This document shows, piece after piece, positions 19,362-29,309 of a stretch of DNA of 64,000 nucleotides (within the stretch, counting starts at the first letter, position 1; every line of letters begins with the position of its first letter). The stretch lies in NCBI GenBank assembly GCA_013286205.1, contig JABDGD010000003.1:16558-80557 (forward strand), in the 5' to 3' direction. Source of the stretch: Candidatus Firestoneibacteriota bacterium (GTDB lineage Bacteria > Oederibacteriota > Muellerivitia > Muellerivitales > Muellerivitaceae). The translations under genes were made by a program, and so were the position numbers. The notes below the pieces were generated by a model. The model was given only the letters and a program-made list of their open reading frames with translations. It did no database searches and was not told the origin of the DNA.

Positions 19362-22300
19362 ATGAGCGCTCACTACAAACAATCGATAACGTTTTTAACG
19401 GTTTCGAGGTTTTTCAACTTCGCTCTTTTCGGCTATTTGTTTCTGGCTCTTTCCACACCGCTGGGGGCTACCAGCGCCACTACGGGTACTGATCAGTTTG
19501 GCCGTACTTGCGATCTGGTGACCTGGACCGATTCCACGGGCAACCCCCGCACCGTTTGGATTGTTAACCAGACCCCCGGCAGTTTTATTTCCAAGATGAC
19601 CTATTATGCGGGCGGCTCTCTGGTCACGGCCACTGTACCAACCACAGGCTTCGCTTTTTGTACTTTGGTCAATCACTATTACAGCGCCAGCACCAACTTC
19701 AATGACAACTTCGGCGGCAATTACACTTCCAATAATGGGGCCAGCAATCCGGCCAGCGCCCAGCCGGGGGGCAGCACTTACGTTTCGGGCGCGGGCGTCA
19801 CCCGTACCATCGCTTTCGCGGGCACTCACCATTTGATCTGGCAGGGCAACTTTCAAATGTACGCCCATCCCTGGGAATCGGCCGAAGAATGGTACATCAC
19901 GGTTCAATACACCTTTATGGATGGCCGTGACGACTTCATTTTTAGCGACGCTTATGACTCGGGCGCTATTTCTCAGGCCAATCTGGGTTCTTCCAATCTG
20001 GCGCCCTATGACGACTTTAGTTACGACGGTGTGGGCGACTCGCAAACTGATCCACAAAGCGGGATTGGTTTTGGAACAAATTATAAGTTCGCCACCAATT
20101 ACGCCTCCGGCGCTTCCTTAAGCGCGAGCACGGGCTGGACTTATAACACCGCCAACACCATTCCTTATGCCTGGATGTACAAAGACGGCACCAAGACCAA
20201 CCGCGAAATGGGAGAAATACAGAACCAGCCTTATAGTGAAAAAGACGCGGGGTATAACGCCTACTGGGCAATGACCGCTCCGCCCTCGACAGGCGTGACT
20301 ATGCCGTCTACTTTGCCCTTTCAACTGAACGAATTTGCCAGCTATGTAGGTATGCGCTTTACCTGGGGCACCCAATACACAGCTTTTCAAAACAATCATA
20401 CGGATGGTCAAAGCGCCTATGGGGCTGGCGGTCCGACGGGTTCGTGGAATGTTTATCCGGTCAATGCCGCCAGCTTCAATGTTCTGATCGATCAATACAC
20501 CAATCAGGGCGTGCCCAATTTAATTACAGATACGGAAAATATTTATAAGTCCACTTTGACGGCCGCAGTGGGGACGGTGGTGACGACGGGCCCCAAAGGT
20601 CCCGGTTCTTATATGTCTCCTGCCACTGGCAGCATGCCCTCGATGACCTATACCCACCCGGGTTTTGATTTTGTGATGCGCCGCTGGAGAGTTACCTGCG
20701 CCGCGGGAGCCGCGGATGTGACTTTGAATGCGGGAGGAACGGGTCTTTATCACCTCACCTTTACCTTTGAAAATCTGACTTCTACGCCCTGTTCACTCAC
20801 GCTCAATGGGACGCTTCAGGTCGGCGGTACGGATTATTTTGGATCTTTTGACTCAACGAACCAAATTTACTATGTCACCTTCGCCAAAACCCTGGCGGCG
20901 GGTTCAAACCATATCGTACTTCAAACCGCTTGCGGGTCACCCACCAGCACCCCTACGGTTACTAACACAGGCACCTCTACGAGCACGTCTACTATGACGC
21001 GGACTATTACGCCTACGGCCACTTCGACTTCCACGGCCACGGGCACTTTACCCACTTCTACTTTCACGCCTACTTATACGATAACTCCCATTCCTACCAG
21101 CACTCCCACCATTACGGCAACGCCTTCGGGCATTATTAAACCGAACTTAAAAATCTGTTTTATCGGCGACTCCATTACCTATCGGGGCAATTATGTGAAA
21201 CAGGTAGAAAATTACCTGACGACTATTTATCCCACTTACAACCTTACTTTCACGAACGTCGGGGTAGGGGGATGGACCTCTACCCAATTTCTTCAATACA
21301 CCGGCAGTGAACCGACGGGTTTGGGTTATGTGTTGAATACGGTTAAGCCTGATATCGCGACTATTTGTTTTGGTATGAATGACGCGGGTTACACCAGTGA
21401 AGCCGCCAGCTATTTAAACCAATTCATTTCCAGCATGACTTCGATCATTACCCAGCTTCAAAGCGCGGGGGTGTCGGTAGTTTTGTTGACGCCCGGCATG
21501 GTGGATCTGACGGTTCCTTATGCCTCGAACCCCGCCAATATTCCGGCGGACTATAACACCAACACCAGCTATGGCCTGGCCGCTTACGCGAATTGGGTGA
21601 TGAACTATGGCGCTACCAATAACATCCCGGCTTTTAATGTTCACACGCTGGCGATGTCGGTGAACGCGGCGGCCCGGGCGGCTCACACGGGCCTGCCGGC
21701 TTATACGGATCAACCGCAGGACGGTATCCATCCAAATCCCTCCGGCGGCTTGGTTTACGCTTATGGTTTGTTGACCGCATTAGGCGTGCCTACTCAAAAC
21801 CGCACCATTACTTTAAGCGGCGGTTCGCTCACGGGTTCAGCGGGCGCGGCCACAGGATCCTGGATACCCAGCGGCAATGGCGGATCCTTTACTCTGACCG
21901 CCAATCCCATGCCTTATATCGGCAATCCGCAGGCGGCTAAAATATTGCCGTTCCTGAATTTTCAGCAGACCTTTAACAACATTCATTTCACCGCTAGCGG
22001 TTTATCCGCGGCTAACTATTACATTGTGGTGGATGGTTATCAGGCCGGGCCGGTTTCGTCCTCGGCTTTGTCTTCGGGAATCAATCTGTTGGATTACTGG
22101 ATACCGCCCGCTACTTCACCCTCTCAGATTCATACGGTTCAATTGGTGGATGCCAGTACGACGACAGCAGCCTGCTACAACACGCTGATTGATGATGGGG
22201 AGAAGAGCAATGACTTTCCGCAGATCGCTCCTTTGGGCGGCAATGTTCCCTGGCCGGAAAATCTCTGGGGCGGTTGGTGGTGGTCAGGCGCCAGCAGCGG

Positions 22301-23849
22301 CGCCGCGGGTTCTTTCTCGCCCAGCCCTTTTATCATGACCAGCCCGGGCTATAGCTCTACTTACGCCGCCAGCATGTCGGGCACAACTAACTTGTCCAGT
22401 TCCAGCACCACGGCGCTTTTGCAATGCGCCTGCTATACCCAATATGTGAATCCGCAAAACGGGGTGCAGTTCATGTTCAAAGGCACTGCGGGCGAATCCT
22501 TCCGCTTTCAATGTCATATCGAGCTTGAAGACGCGAAACCCCAGTACAACGATTATGGCTCTACCTTTACGGCGACGGGCAGCTGGCAGTTAGTTCAATG
22601 TCCCTATTCGGCCATGACTCAGCCCACCTGGGACACGCTGTTTACTTTTGATCCGGGACAAATCGAGGAACTGGAATGGATACCTTATTCCAACGGCGCT
22701 TTCACTATGAGCGTGGACAATGTGTCTTTCTATTGCACCAGCCCGGCCTATACCCCCACCGCCAGCAATACGCCCACCAAAACGATGACCTATACTTCTA
22801 CTCCGGCCGTGACCAACACCAGCACAGCTACCAACAGCGCTACGAACACGGCGACTAATAGCTCAACCAACACAGCGACCAACACCGCGACTAATACGGT
22901 CACCAATACGGCTTCCAACACCGCTACCAACACAGCTACGGATACTTATACGTCGACCGCCACGAGTACTTTTACGACGACTATTACCAATACCGCTACC
23001 AATTCGCCCACGGTGACCGTCACCAATACGGGAACCATCAACACGCCTACGATCACCAATACGCCCACGGCGACGGGAACCTCTACCATGACCAACACAC
23101 CAACATTAACCGCGACCGCCACCATCACGAATACGCCGACCGCTACTTTCACCGCCTCGTTTACGGCGACACTCACGGATACGAGCACGGCGACCAACAG
23201 CGCGACGAACACCTGCACGAATACAGCGACTAATACCGCCACCAATAGTTATACGGTGACCGACACAGCCACGATAACCAACACGCCCACCACTTCTTGG
23301 ACGCCTACGAATACCAATTCATCTACCGCGACGAATACGCGCACCGCCAGCCCTACGGCGACCAATAGCCCGACGGCTTCCTGGACGCCCACCAATACCA
23401 ATTCGTTTACGGCGACCGCCACGCCGACAAATACTTCCACCAAAACTTTTACGCCCACCGCGACCGCTACCTGGACAGCCACCTCCACTCAGACGTTAAC
23501 TTTTACGCCGACCAGCACCCTTACGGTTACACCCACGGCCATTACGGGCGTTATTTGCACCGCGCCTTATCCGAATCCAGCGACTACGGGGCCGATTGAA
23601 ATTGACGTGACCACGCCAGGCGCGGCGACGATCGAAATGGATATCTTTTCTACGGCCTTCCGTAAAGTCATCGAGCACACGATTCAGGCGGCTGGCGGCA
23701 ACGGACCTTTAGGAACCGTCACCAGGGTCCAATGGGACCTGCGCGACCGGATGGGTGTGAAAGTCGCGGATGGCCTTTATTACGTCCGTATTCACGTCTC
23801 GGGTGCCAAGACTTTTAACAAGATCTACAAGGTTTTGGTTTTGAGGTAA
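19362..23849 (+). CDS. Giant (1495 aa) secreted multidomain protein: N-terminal unknown domain, SGNH/GDSL esterase domain, Thr-rich linkers, T9SS-type C-terminal sorting domain
   Basis: Signal peptide. SGNH blocks at about 21130-21800 ('ICFIGDSITYRGN', 'GVGGWTS', 'GMNDAG', 'DGIHPNPSGG'). Two Thr-rich linkers. The C-terminal roughly 85 aa ('APYPNPATTGPIEIDV...GLYYVRIHVSGAKTFNKIYKVLVLR') matches the Por/T9SS CTD pattern. Confidence 0.8.
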   Translation: MSAHYKQSITFLTVSRFFNFALFGYLFLALSTPLGATSATTGTDQFGRTCDLVTWTDSTGNPRTVWIVNQTPGSFISKMTYYAGGSLVTATVPTTGFAFCTLVNHYYSASTNFNDNFGGNYTSNNGASNPASAQPGGSTYVSGAGVTRTIAFAGTHHLIWQGNFQMYAHPWESAEEWYITVQYTFMDGRDDFIFSDAYDSGAISQANLGSSNLAPYDDFSYDGVGDSQTDPQSGIGFGTNYKFATNYASGASLSASTGWTYNTANTIPYAWMYKDGTKTNREMGEIQNQPYSEKDAGYNAYWAMTAPPSTGVTMPSTLPFQLNEFASYVGMRFTWGTQYTAFQNNHTDGQSAYGAGGPTGSWNVYPVNAASFNVLIDQYTNQGVPNLITDTENIYKSTLTAAVGTVVTTGPKGPGSYMSPATGSMPSMTYTHPGFDFVMRRWRVTCAAGAADVTLNAGGTGLYHLTFTFENLTSTPCSLTLNGTLQVGGTDYFGSFDSTNQIYYVTFAKTLAAGSNHIVLQTACGSPTSTPTVTNTGTSTSTSTMTRTITPTATSTSTATGTLPTSTFTPTYTITPIPTSTPTITATPSGIIKPNLKICFIGDSITYRGNYVKQVENYLTTIYPTYNLTFTNVGVGGWTSTQFLQYTGSEPTGLGYVLNTVKPDIATICFGMNDAGYTSEAASYLNQFISSMTSIITQLQSAGVSVVLLTPGMVDLTVPYASNPANIPADYNTNTSYGLAAYANWVMNYGATNNIPAFNVHTLAMSVNAAARAAHTGLPAYTDQPQDGIHPNPSGGLVYAYGLLTALGVPTQNRTITLSGGSLTGSAGAATGSWIPSGNGGSFTLTANPMPYIGNPQAAKILPFLNFQQTFNNIHFTASGLSAANYYIVVDGYQAGPVSSSALSSGINLLDYWIPPATSPSQIHTVQLVDASTTTAACYNTLIDDGEKSNDFPQIAPLGGNVPWPENLWGGWWWSGASSGAAGSFSPSPFIMTSPGYSSTYAASMSGTTNLSSSSTTALLQCACYTQYVNPQNGVQFMFKGTAGESFRFQCHIELEDAKPQYNDYGSTFTATGSWQLVQCPYSAMTQPTWDTLFTFDPGQIEELEWIPYSNGAFTMSVDNVSFYCTSPAYTPTASNTPTKTMTYTSTPAVTNTSTATNSATNTATNSSTNTATNTATNTVTNTASNTATNTATDTYTSTATSTFTTTITNTATNSPTVTVTNTGTINTPTITNTPTATGTSTMTNTPTLTATATITNTPTATFTASFTATLTDTSTATNSATNTCTNTATNTATNSYTVTDTATITNTPTTSWTPTNTNSSTATNTRTASPTATNSPTASWTPTNTNSFTATATPTNTSTKTFTPTATATWTATSTQTLTFTPTSTLTVTPTAITGVICTAPYPNPATTGPIEIDVTTPGAATIEMDIFSTAFRKVIEHTIQAAGGNGPLGTVTRVQWDLRDRMGVKVADGLYYVRIHVSGAKTFNKIYKVLVLR
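22749..23544 (+). repeat. In-frame tandem degenerate 18-bp repeats encoding (T-N-T-A-T-N)n Thr-rich linker
   Basis: DNA reads accaacacagcgaccaacaccgcgactaatacggtcaccaatacggcttccaacaccgctaccaacacagct..., a long run of ACN-AAY codon periodicity. It generates the spurious antisense poly-Val ORFs 22946..23488. Confidence 0.7.
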
Positions 23850-23861
23850 TCGGGAGGGATC

Positions 23862-25712
23862 GTGTTGCTTGACGGAGCAGGGACCATGATCGAGAATAAA
23901 GAACCGATGAAGAAACCCTTGAATCCTCCCATCGATCCATTGAGGAGCGCGGTTGTTCAAAGCGACCTCCTTAACCTTTTTGACAATTACATTCCTTTGC
24001 CCGGCTATCTGGTTCCGGCGGGACAAGAGTATTTTTGGTACGGCCTCACCCCCAACCCCCGGGGGCTCCATCCTTTTCAATTTGAGCTGTATTTCGGCAA
24101 GAAAAAGCAAAGACATGATTACAACCGGCGCTGTTTTCAAAAAGCCGCCAAGACGGGTAAGGCGGTGCTGGGCTGTCACCAGGGCCTTTACGATCTTTTT
24201 GTGCCTGTGGTGGATAAAGGGAAAGTCATCGCTTTCGTCGTATCAGGTTCCTTCTTAAAAACTCTGCCGTCGGAAAACTGGTTGACGGGGCAGTGGAAAG
24301 TCTTGTCGGGCCGGCAGCCCGCAGCTAATGACATGGAATTTTTAACTTACGCTCGGGTCATGATGAGTACACCGGTTTTGAGCCGGACCGTCATTGCCGA
24401 TTACACCCGTTTATTAGAAAACATGGGGCAATTTACTTTGGGCGGCGCTTCTAGCGCCCGCGCGGGCGAGGAAATTCAGCGGCTGAGGGCGAAAATATTA
24501 ATCTCCGGCCTGCCTACCCGGATGATCCACTATGTTTCCACGAAAAGAGACCGGCTCAGCTGGGGACCCTGGGAAGGGGAAGATTTGGCTCCTTGGGATC
24601 AGGAAGAATTTGGTTTGTCCCGTCATCCCAATACGGTTCTGGCGGTACGGCCCCAATGGGTCGGCGCTCAGTCGCCGCTGAACCGAATTGTGCAGGCCGC
24701 GCGGCTGCAGCGTTTTAGCTACGATTGGTGCGGTTCGCAAAAAGAAATGGTGGCCGGTCCTTTGGAAGGGGAAGGCTGCTTTCTTTTAACCTCGCCGGAC
24801 ACGAAGAAAAATCAGGCGCAGGCCCAATTGCAGATCAGGGATATGACCCGGCGTTTTTCCGAGGCGGTTCATCAGACCCTTCATTTAAAAGTGGTGGTAG
24901 GGATCAGCCGGGTGGGCGCGGCGATTGAGGACTTGCCCGAATATTTTCATCAAGCGCTGACCGCTTTGCGTTTCGCGGGCCACTTGAAACAATCGCCTTA
25001 TTTTTACGGCGACTTTCCCCAGGCACCTCAGGAAGGTTTTTACGGTTTGTCCCGGGAAATGGCCCAGGCGATTGGCGAGGGAAAAGAGGGGCAGGTTTCA
25101 GTTATTCGGGGTCAATTGGTACAGGAAGCCTTGCGTCTCTCGGGCGGCAGTCCGGACAGTTTACGGATTTATTTTTTACATTTGTTTTATCTGGTCTGGG
25201 ACGAAATGGCCCGCCGGGCGATCCTCAACGAGAGCGAGTTTCAAACTTACCGCAAATCGCTGGAAGAAAAACTGGCCCAGGCTTTCTCCGTTGAAGAGCT
25301 GCTTCAACGATTTCAGGAATTGGTCGAACAGGCCATTCGAATGTTTGAATCGCCCGCGGAGGGTACGCGGCTGGAGAGGCTGGAGGCGGCCCGGCGTTAT
25401 ATGGCGCTCAATTGCCGCCGCAAACTGACGGTCGGCGAAGTCGCCCGGGAAACGGGCTTTTCGGTGTCGCGGTTCAGCCACCTTTTTCACGAGGTTTTTG
25501 GCGAAAGTTTTATCGATTATTTCACCCGGCTTCGCTGCGAGGAAGCGGGCCGTCTGCTGAAAACCAGCTCTCTGTCCGTGGCTCAGGTGGCTCAGACTTG
25601 CGGTTTTGGCACCTCCAGCCATTTCACTCATATCTTCAAGCAAAGAGTGGGCTGCACTCCGGTGGAATACCGCCTCGCGGGGCAGCCGAAAGACGACATC
25701 AAAAAAGCCTAG
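23862..25712 (+). CDS. AraC-family transcriptional regulator with large (~500 aa) N-terminal sensory region
   Basis: C-terminal AraC HTH: 'LTVGEVARETGFSVSRFSHLFHEVFGESFIDYFTRLRCEEAGRLLKTSSLSVAQVAQTCGFGTSSHFTHIFKQRVGCTPVEYR'. The true start may be ATG 23886 or 23907. Confidence 0.75.
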   Translation: MLLDGAGTMIENKEPMKKPLNPPIDPLRSAVVQSDLLNLFDNYIPLPGYLVPAGQEYFWYGLTPNPRGLHPFQFELYFGKKKQRHDYNRRCFQKAAKTGKAVLGCHQGLYDLFVPVVDKGKVIAFVVSGSFLKTLPSENWLTGQWKVLSGRQPAANDMEFLTYARVMMSTPVLSRTVIADYTRLLENMGQFTLGGASSARAGEEIQRLRAKILISGLPTRMIHYVSTKRDRLSWGPWEGEDLAPWDQEEFGLSRHPNTVLAVRPQWVGAQSPLNRIVQAARLQRFSYDWCGSQKEMVAGPLEGEGCFLLTSPDTKKNQAQAQLQIRDMTRRFSEAVHQTLHLKVVVGISRVGAAIEDLPEYFHQALTALRFAGHLKQSPYFYGDFPQAPQEGFYGLSREMAQAIGEGKEGQVSVIRGQLVQEALRLSGGSPDSLRIYFLHLFYLVWDEMARRAILNESEFQTYRKSLEEKLAQAFSVEELLQRFQELVEQAIRMFESPAEGTRLERLEAARRYMALNCRRKLTVGEVARETGFSVSRFSHLFHEVFGESFIDYFTRLRCEEAGRLLKTSSLSVAQVAQTCGFGTSSHFTHIFKQRVGCTPVEYRLAGQPKDDIKKA

Positions 25713-25800
25713 AACAAATAGATGGTTTCTATCCCGCCCCCTAAGCTTTCTCTAACAAGGGTGGGGGGAAGTATGTCTGCCAAACCAAAACAACAAAAAT

Positions 25801-26901
25801 TTGAAAGCGGGGACCGCTATGAAACGATCTCTTTGGGGATGGGCCTTTGTGGCTAGTTTTCTCGTTCTAGCGCCGCCAGTCGGCGCGCAAGAAAAGCCCG
25901 CGCAAGCGATCGCCTTTCCGGATCCGAAACTACCGGTCTTTGGTCTGCCCTGGTTTAAAGAAGACTCGCCCTTACTTTGCCGCCTGCCAGCCCGGTTAAA
26001 AAAAACCTTTACCCCCAAAGTGTGGGAATTAGCCCGATGCCCCTCGGGCGGCCGAATTCGTTTCCGTACCAACTCACGAAAACTTACCTTAACGGCCAAG
26101 TGTGAGAGTGATTACACCATGTATCACATCACCAGTATTGGGCAGAATGGTTTTGATCTTTATGTGGACGGTTTTTACCAAGGCAGCACTCAGGCGGTGG
26201 GGCCGGACCGGAAAGAAATAGGCGAGTGGGATTTAGGCCCGGCCGGAGTCGACAAAGAAGTCACAATTTATATGCCGCTCTACAAAGCGGCCACGATTCA
26301 AGAAATTGACCTGGATGAAAAGGCCGAAGTGAATCCGCCCCGTTCTTTTGCCCAGCCCCATCCAGTGGTTTATTACGGCACCAGCATTACCCAGGGAGGC
26401 TGCGCGTCCAATCCGGGTATGAGTTACGCGGCTATTTTGGGCCGCCGGCTGGATTGCGATTTTGTGAATCTGGGGTTTAGCGGCAACGGCAACGGCGATA
26501 TCGCGGTAGCCAAAGCCATCACAGAACTTCAACCCTCGGCCATTGTGCTGGATTATTGGGCGAATGTTTCCGCTGAGCAAATGGGGAAAACCCTGTCCTC
26601 TTTCGTGAAGATACTCAGGGAAAAATTTCCCGAAGTTCCGATCTTTGTTATCACCCCTTACTACACGATCACTGGCATCAATCAAGAACTGAAAAAATCG
26701 GAAGTGGATTTGGTGACGGCCCGGCAAAAAAAAGGAGACGCCCATATCCAATGGATCGACGGCGAAACCATGATCAGCCGAAAGACCGCTTACGCTTTAG
26801 TGGATGGTATCCATTGCAACACTCTGGGATTTAAATTAATGGCGGATCAGTTGGAAAAGCCCCTGCGTAAAGTGATTTTGCCGAAAGGGAGAGGCCGATG
26901 A
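25801..26901 (+). CDS. Secreted SGNH/GDSL-family hydrolase (carbohydrate esterase-like) with N-terminal beta-sandwich domain
   Basis: Signal peptide (MKRSLWGWAFVASFLVLAPPVGAQE). SGNH blocks 'YYGTSITQGG', 'GFSGNG', 'DGIHCNTLG'. Confidence 0.75.
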   Translation: MKAGTAMKRSLWGWAFVASFLVLAPPVGAQEKPAQAIAFPDPKLPVFGLPWFKEDSPLLCRLPARLKKTFTPKVWELARCPSGGRIRFRTNSRKLTLTAKCESDYTMYHITSIGQNGFDLYVDGFYQGSTQAVGPDRKEIGEWDLGPAGVDKEVTIYMPLYKAATIQEIDLDEKAEVNPPRSFAQPHPVVYYGTSITQGGCASNPGMSYAAILGRRLDCDFVNLGFSGNGNGDIAVAKAITELQPSAIVLDYWANVSAEQMGKTLSSFVKILREKFPEVPIFVITPYYTITGINQELKKSEVDLVTARQKKGDAHIQWIDGETMISRKTAYALVDGIHCNTLGFKLMADQLEKPLRKVILPKGRGR

Positions 26902-27947
26902 TCATCCATCCAAACCATCCCTGGATTCAATATTCGGGCAGAGTTGATGTGAGCGACCAGATGACCGCCCGCTTTGATTGGCCCCTGACGGGTGTGACTG
27001 CCGCGTTTGAAGGCAAGGGGATTGGGTTTCTTTTAGAAGACGGTAAGAATAATTATGATGTTTATGTGGATGGACAATTATTCGGTGTCTGGGTAACCAG
27101 CAGCGCCATTGAAGAATATGAGGTGACAGGGCTCAAACGGGGACGCCATGTTTTGCAGGTTATTAAGCGCACTGAATCCAGCTGGGGAACCGCAATTTTC
27201 AAAGGTCTGGTTCTCCCCAAGGGTACGGTTTTAGCTGAACCGCCTAATCCTTCGGAGCGGCGCATTGAAATTATCGGTGACTCTATCTCCGCGGGTTATG
27301 GCAATGAGGGATCGAATTTTCTTTGCGCTGATTTGAGGCCTTTTCAGAATGCCAATCAAGCTTATGGCGCGATGCTGGCACGGCGATTCGCGGCGGACTG
27401 CCATGTGGAAGCCATCTCAGGCAAAGGCCTGGTACGCAACTGGGGAGATTTTAAAAAAGTCTCACCTGATCCAATGCCGATTTATTTATCCAATACGCTG
27501 GGGTTATATCCCGGTGTGCCATGGAATTTTAATAGCTGGATTCCTGATGTGGTGATTTTGTTCCTGGGAACCAATGATTTTTCCACCAATCCCAAGCCAG
27601 ACCCAGACTTTTTTGTTTTGGCTTACGAAAAGTTGATACAAAAGATTCGAGGTCATTATCCTAAGGCGTGGATTCTTTGTCTGGGCCGAAAGGATATGCC
27701 GGACATGGCGTCCGCGGTATGGGATGCGGTTCACCGGGAAAAGAAAATAGGAAATATCCGATTAAGGTATATCTCCATTCAGCCTTTTAACGCCGCAGAT
27801 ATGGGCTGCGACGGCCATCCCAAGGTGGCGGATCATAAGCGATTGGCTGATCATTTAACGCCTTTTATCGCCCGTTTATTGAAGTGGCGCAAAGCGCCAG
27901 CCCTTTCCAGACGCCATTCCTCAAAAAAGACCCCGTTGAAAGTTTGA
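26898..27947 (+). CDS. CE2-like acetylesterase (N-terminal jelly-roll + SGNH hydrolase domain)
   Basis: N-terminal beta-sandwich region, then 'IEIIGDSISAGYGNEG' (GDS block), 'GTNDF' and 'DGHPKVADH'. ATGA overlap with the upstream esterase points to an operon. Confidence 0.7.
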   Translation: MIIHPNHPWIQYSGRVDVSDQMTARFDWPLTGVTAAFEGKGIGFLLEDGKNNYDVYVDGQLFGVWVTSSAIEEYEVTGLKRGRHVLQVIKRTESSWGTAIFKGLVLPKGTVLAEPPNPSERRIEIIGDSISAGYGNEGSNFLCADLRPFQNANQAYGAMLARRFAADCHVEAISGKGLVRNWGDFKKVSPDPMPIYLSNTLGLYPGVPWNFNSWIPDVVILFLGTNDFSTNPKPDPDFFVLAYEKLIQKIRGHYPKAWILCLGRKDMPDMASAVWDAVHREKKIGNIRLRYISIQPFNAADMGCDGHPKVADHKRLADHLTPFIARLLKWRKAPALSRRHSSKKTPLKV

Positions 27948-28013
27948 GGGTCAATTCTTCTTGGTGGGTCCCCGAATCTTAGTTATGATTTAAAAAACTA
28001 GTTCGGACCACCG

Positions 28014-29099
28014 ATGACCAATTCTCACCAACAAAAACTGAACAAAATGAACCGCCGCATCCGCGTGCTGGTGCAGGAAGTCAGCATGTTTCAGCAGGCC
28101 ATGCGGGGCATGCGAACCACGTTGAAGGTGGATGAGCTGCTGAAAATCGCTATCCAATCCATCCGCAAGGGCATGGGGTTCAAGCGAAGCGGCATTTTTT
28201 TGGTGGAACCGGACGGCAAACATCTTCGCTTGGCGCTGGGCATTAATCCGCAGGGTAAATGGGAAAAAGGCGCAAGCCGGTTTCCGATTCATCCCCGGCG
28301 GGGGTTTAACGACCAGTCCGATTTAATCTTTGGTTATAAAAAATATCTTTTATCCAACAATGTGGGCGGGCGCTACAAAGAAGGTCTGGGCGACGGCAGC
28401 ACCATTTACAACATGGCGTTGGTGCCGATTTACGCCGGTCCTGGACGGCCCATCGGCAATCTGGCGGTCGATAATTTGAACAAGTACCGCCATATTACGA
28501 AGGCTGACGTTTCCTTTCTCTTTGATTATTCCACTCTACTGGGGCTGGTGATTCAATCGGCCCGCAATTACGAAAACGCTGTGACCCTTTCGGTGACCGA
28601 TCCCATGACAGGCCTGGGCAACCGCCGGTCTTTTGAACAGACGTTGGAACAAGAAATTAAACGGTCTGAACGCTATAAAAAGTCTTTCAGCTTGATCATC
28701 GGCGACATTGATTTTTTCAAGAAAGTGAACGACACCTATGGCCATGATGTGGGGGATAAAGTAATTAAACACATGGCGCATATTTTGAAAACAAATGTGC
28801 GCAACATGGACACGGTGGCCCGCATCGGCGGCGAGGAATTTGCCGTTCTGCTTCCGGAAATTCCCGCTAAAAACCTAACCGAAGTCATTGAGCGTATGTT
28901 GACCAAGGTTCGGCAGTCGAAGGCGCCTCTGCCGGTTCATCCGGTTCCCATGTTGACCATGAGTCTAGGTGTGGCGACTTATAAAAGCGGCGCGGTGACT
29001 CCGGCCCAGCTTTTCAAACTGGCAGATAAGAGTCTTTATGCGGCTAAACGCTCCGGGCGCAACTGCTGCGGTCCTCTTTCGATTCTGACGAAAAAATAA
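28014..29099 (+). CDS. GAF-GGDEF diguanylate cyclase
   Basis: GGDEF domain 'MTGLGNRRSFEQ...RYKKSFSLIIGDIDFFKKVNDTYGHDVGDKVIKHMA...ARIGGEEFAVLLPE', with GGEEF as the active-site variant. The N-terminal roughly 170 aa is GAF-like. Confidence 0.8.
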   Translation: MTNSHQQKLNKMNRRIRVLVQEVSMFQQAMRGMRTTLKVDELLKIAIQSIRKGMGFKRSGIFLVEPDGKHLRLALGINPQGKWEKGASRFPIHPRRGFNDQSDLIFGYKKYLLSNNVGGRYKEGLGDGSTIYNMALVPIYAGPGRPIGNLAVDNLNKYRHITKADVSFLFDYSTLLGLVIQSARNYENAVTLSVTDPMTGLGNRRSFEQTLEQEIKRSERYKKSFSLIIGDIDFFKKVNDTYGHDVGDKVIKHMAHILKTNVRNMDTVARIGGEEFAVLLPEIPAKNLTEVIERMLTKVRQSKAPLPVHPVPMLTMSLGVATYKSGAVTPAQLFKLADKSLYAAKRSGRNCCGPLSILTKK

Positions 29100-29309
29100 G
29101 TTTAACTACCGGGGCGTGAGCCTCATTTCTAAGACCAGACCAAAAACTCAGGCCGAAAAAAATGCGTCCCAGTATGCGTGGCTAAGTAATAGAGCCTGTA
29201 AAACGTAGATTTTCTCCATCTTTTTATTCCATTTAATTTTGAACTAAAACCCTACAGCGCCGTCTATAGGCCGCCACGGCGTTGGTTAAATGATCATTTT
29301 GGGGGAAAT

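Noticed and set aside
22946-23488. Long minus-strand ORFs of poly-Val/Ala (99 and 79 aa) inside the giant gene
   Set aside because: They are the reverse complement of the ACN-rich Thr codon repeat. They are low-complexity and fully nested antisense to a high-confidence CDS.
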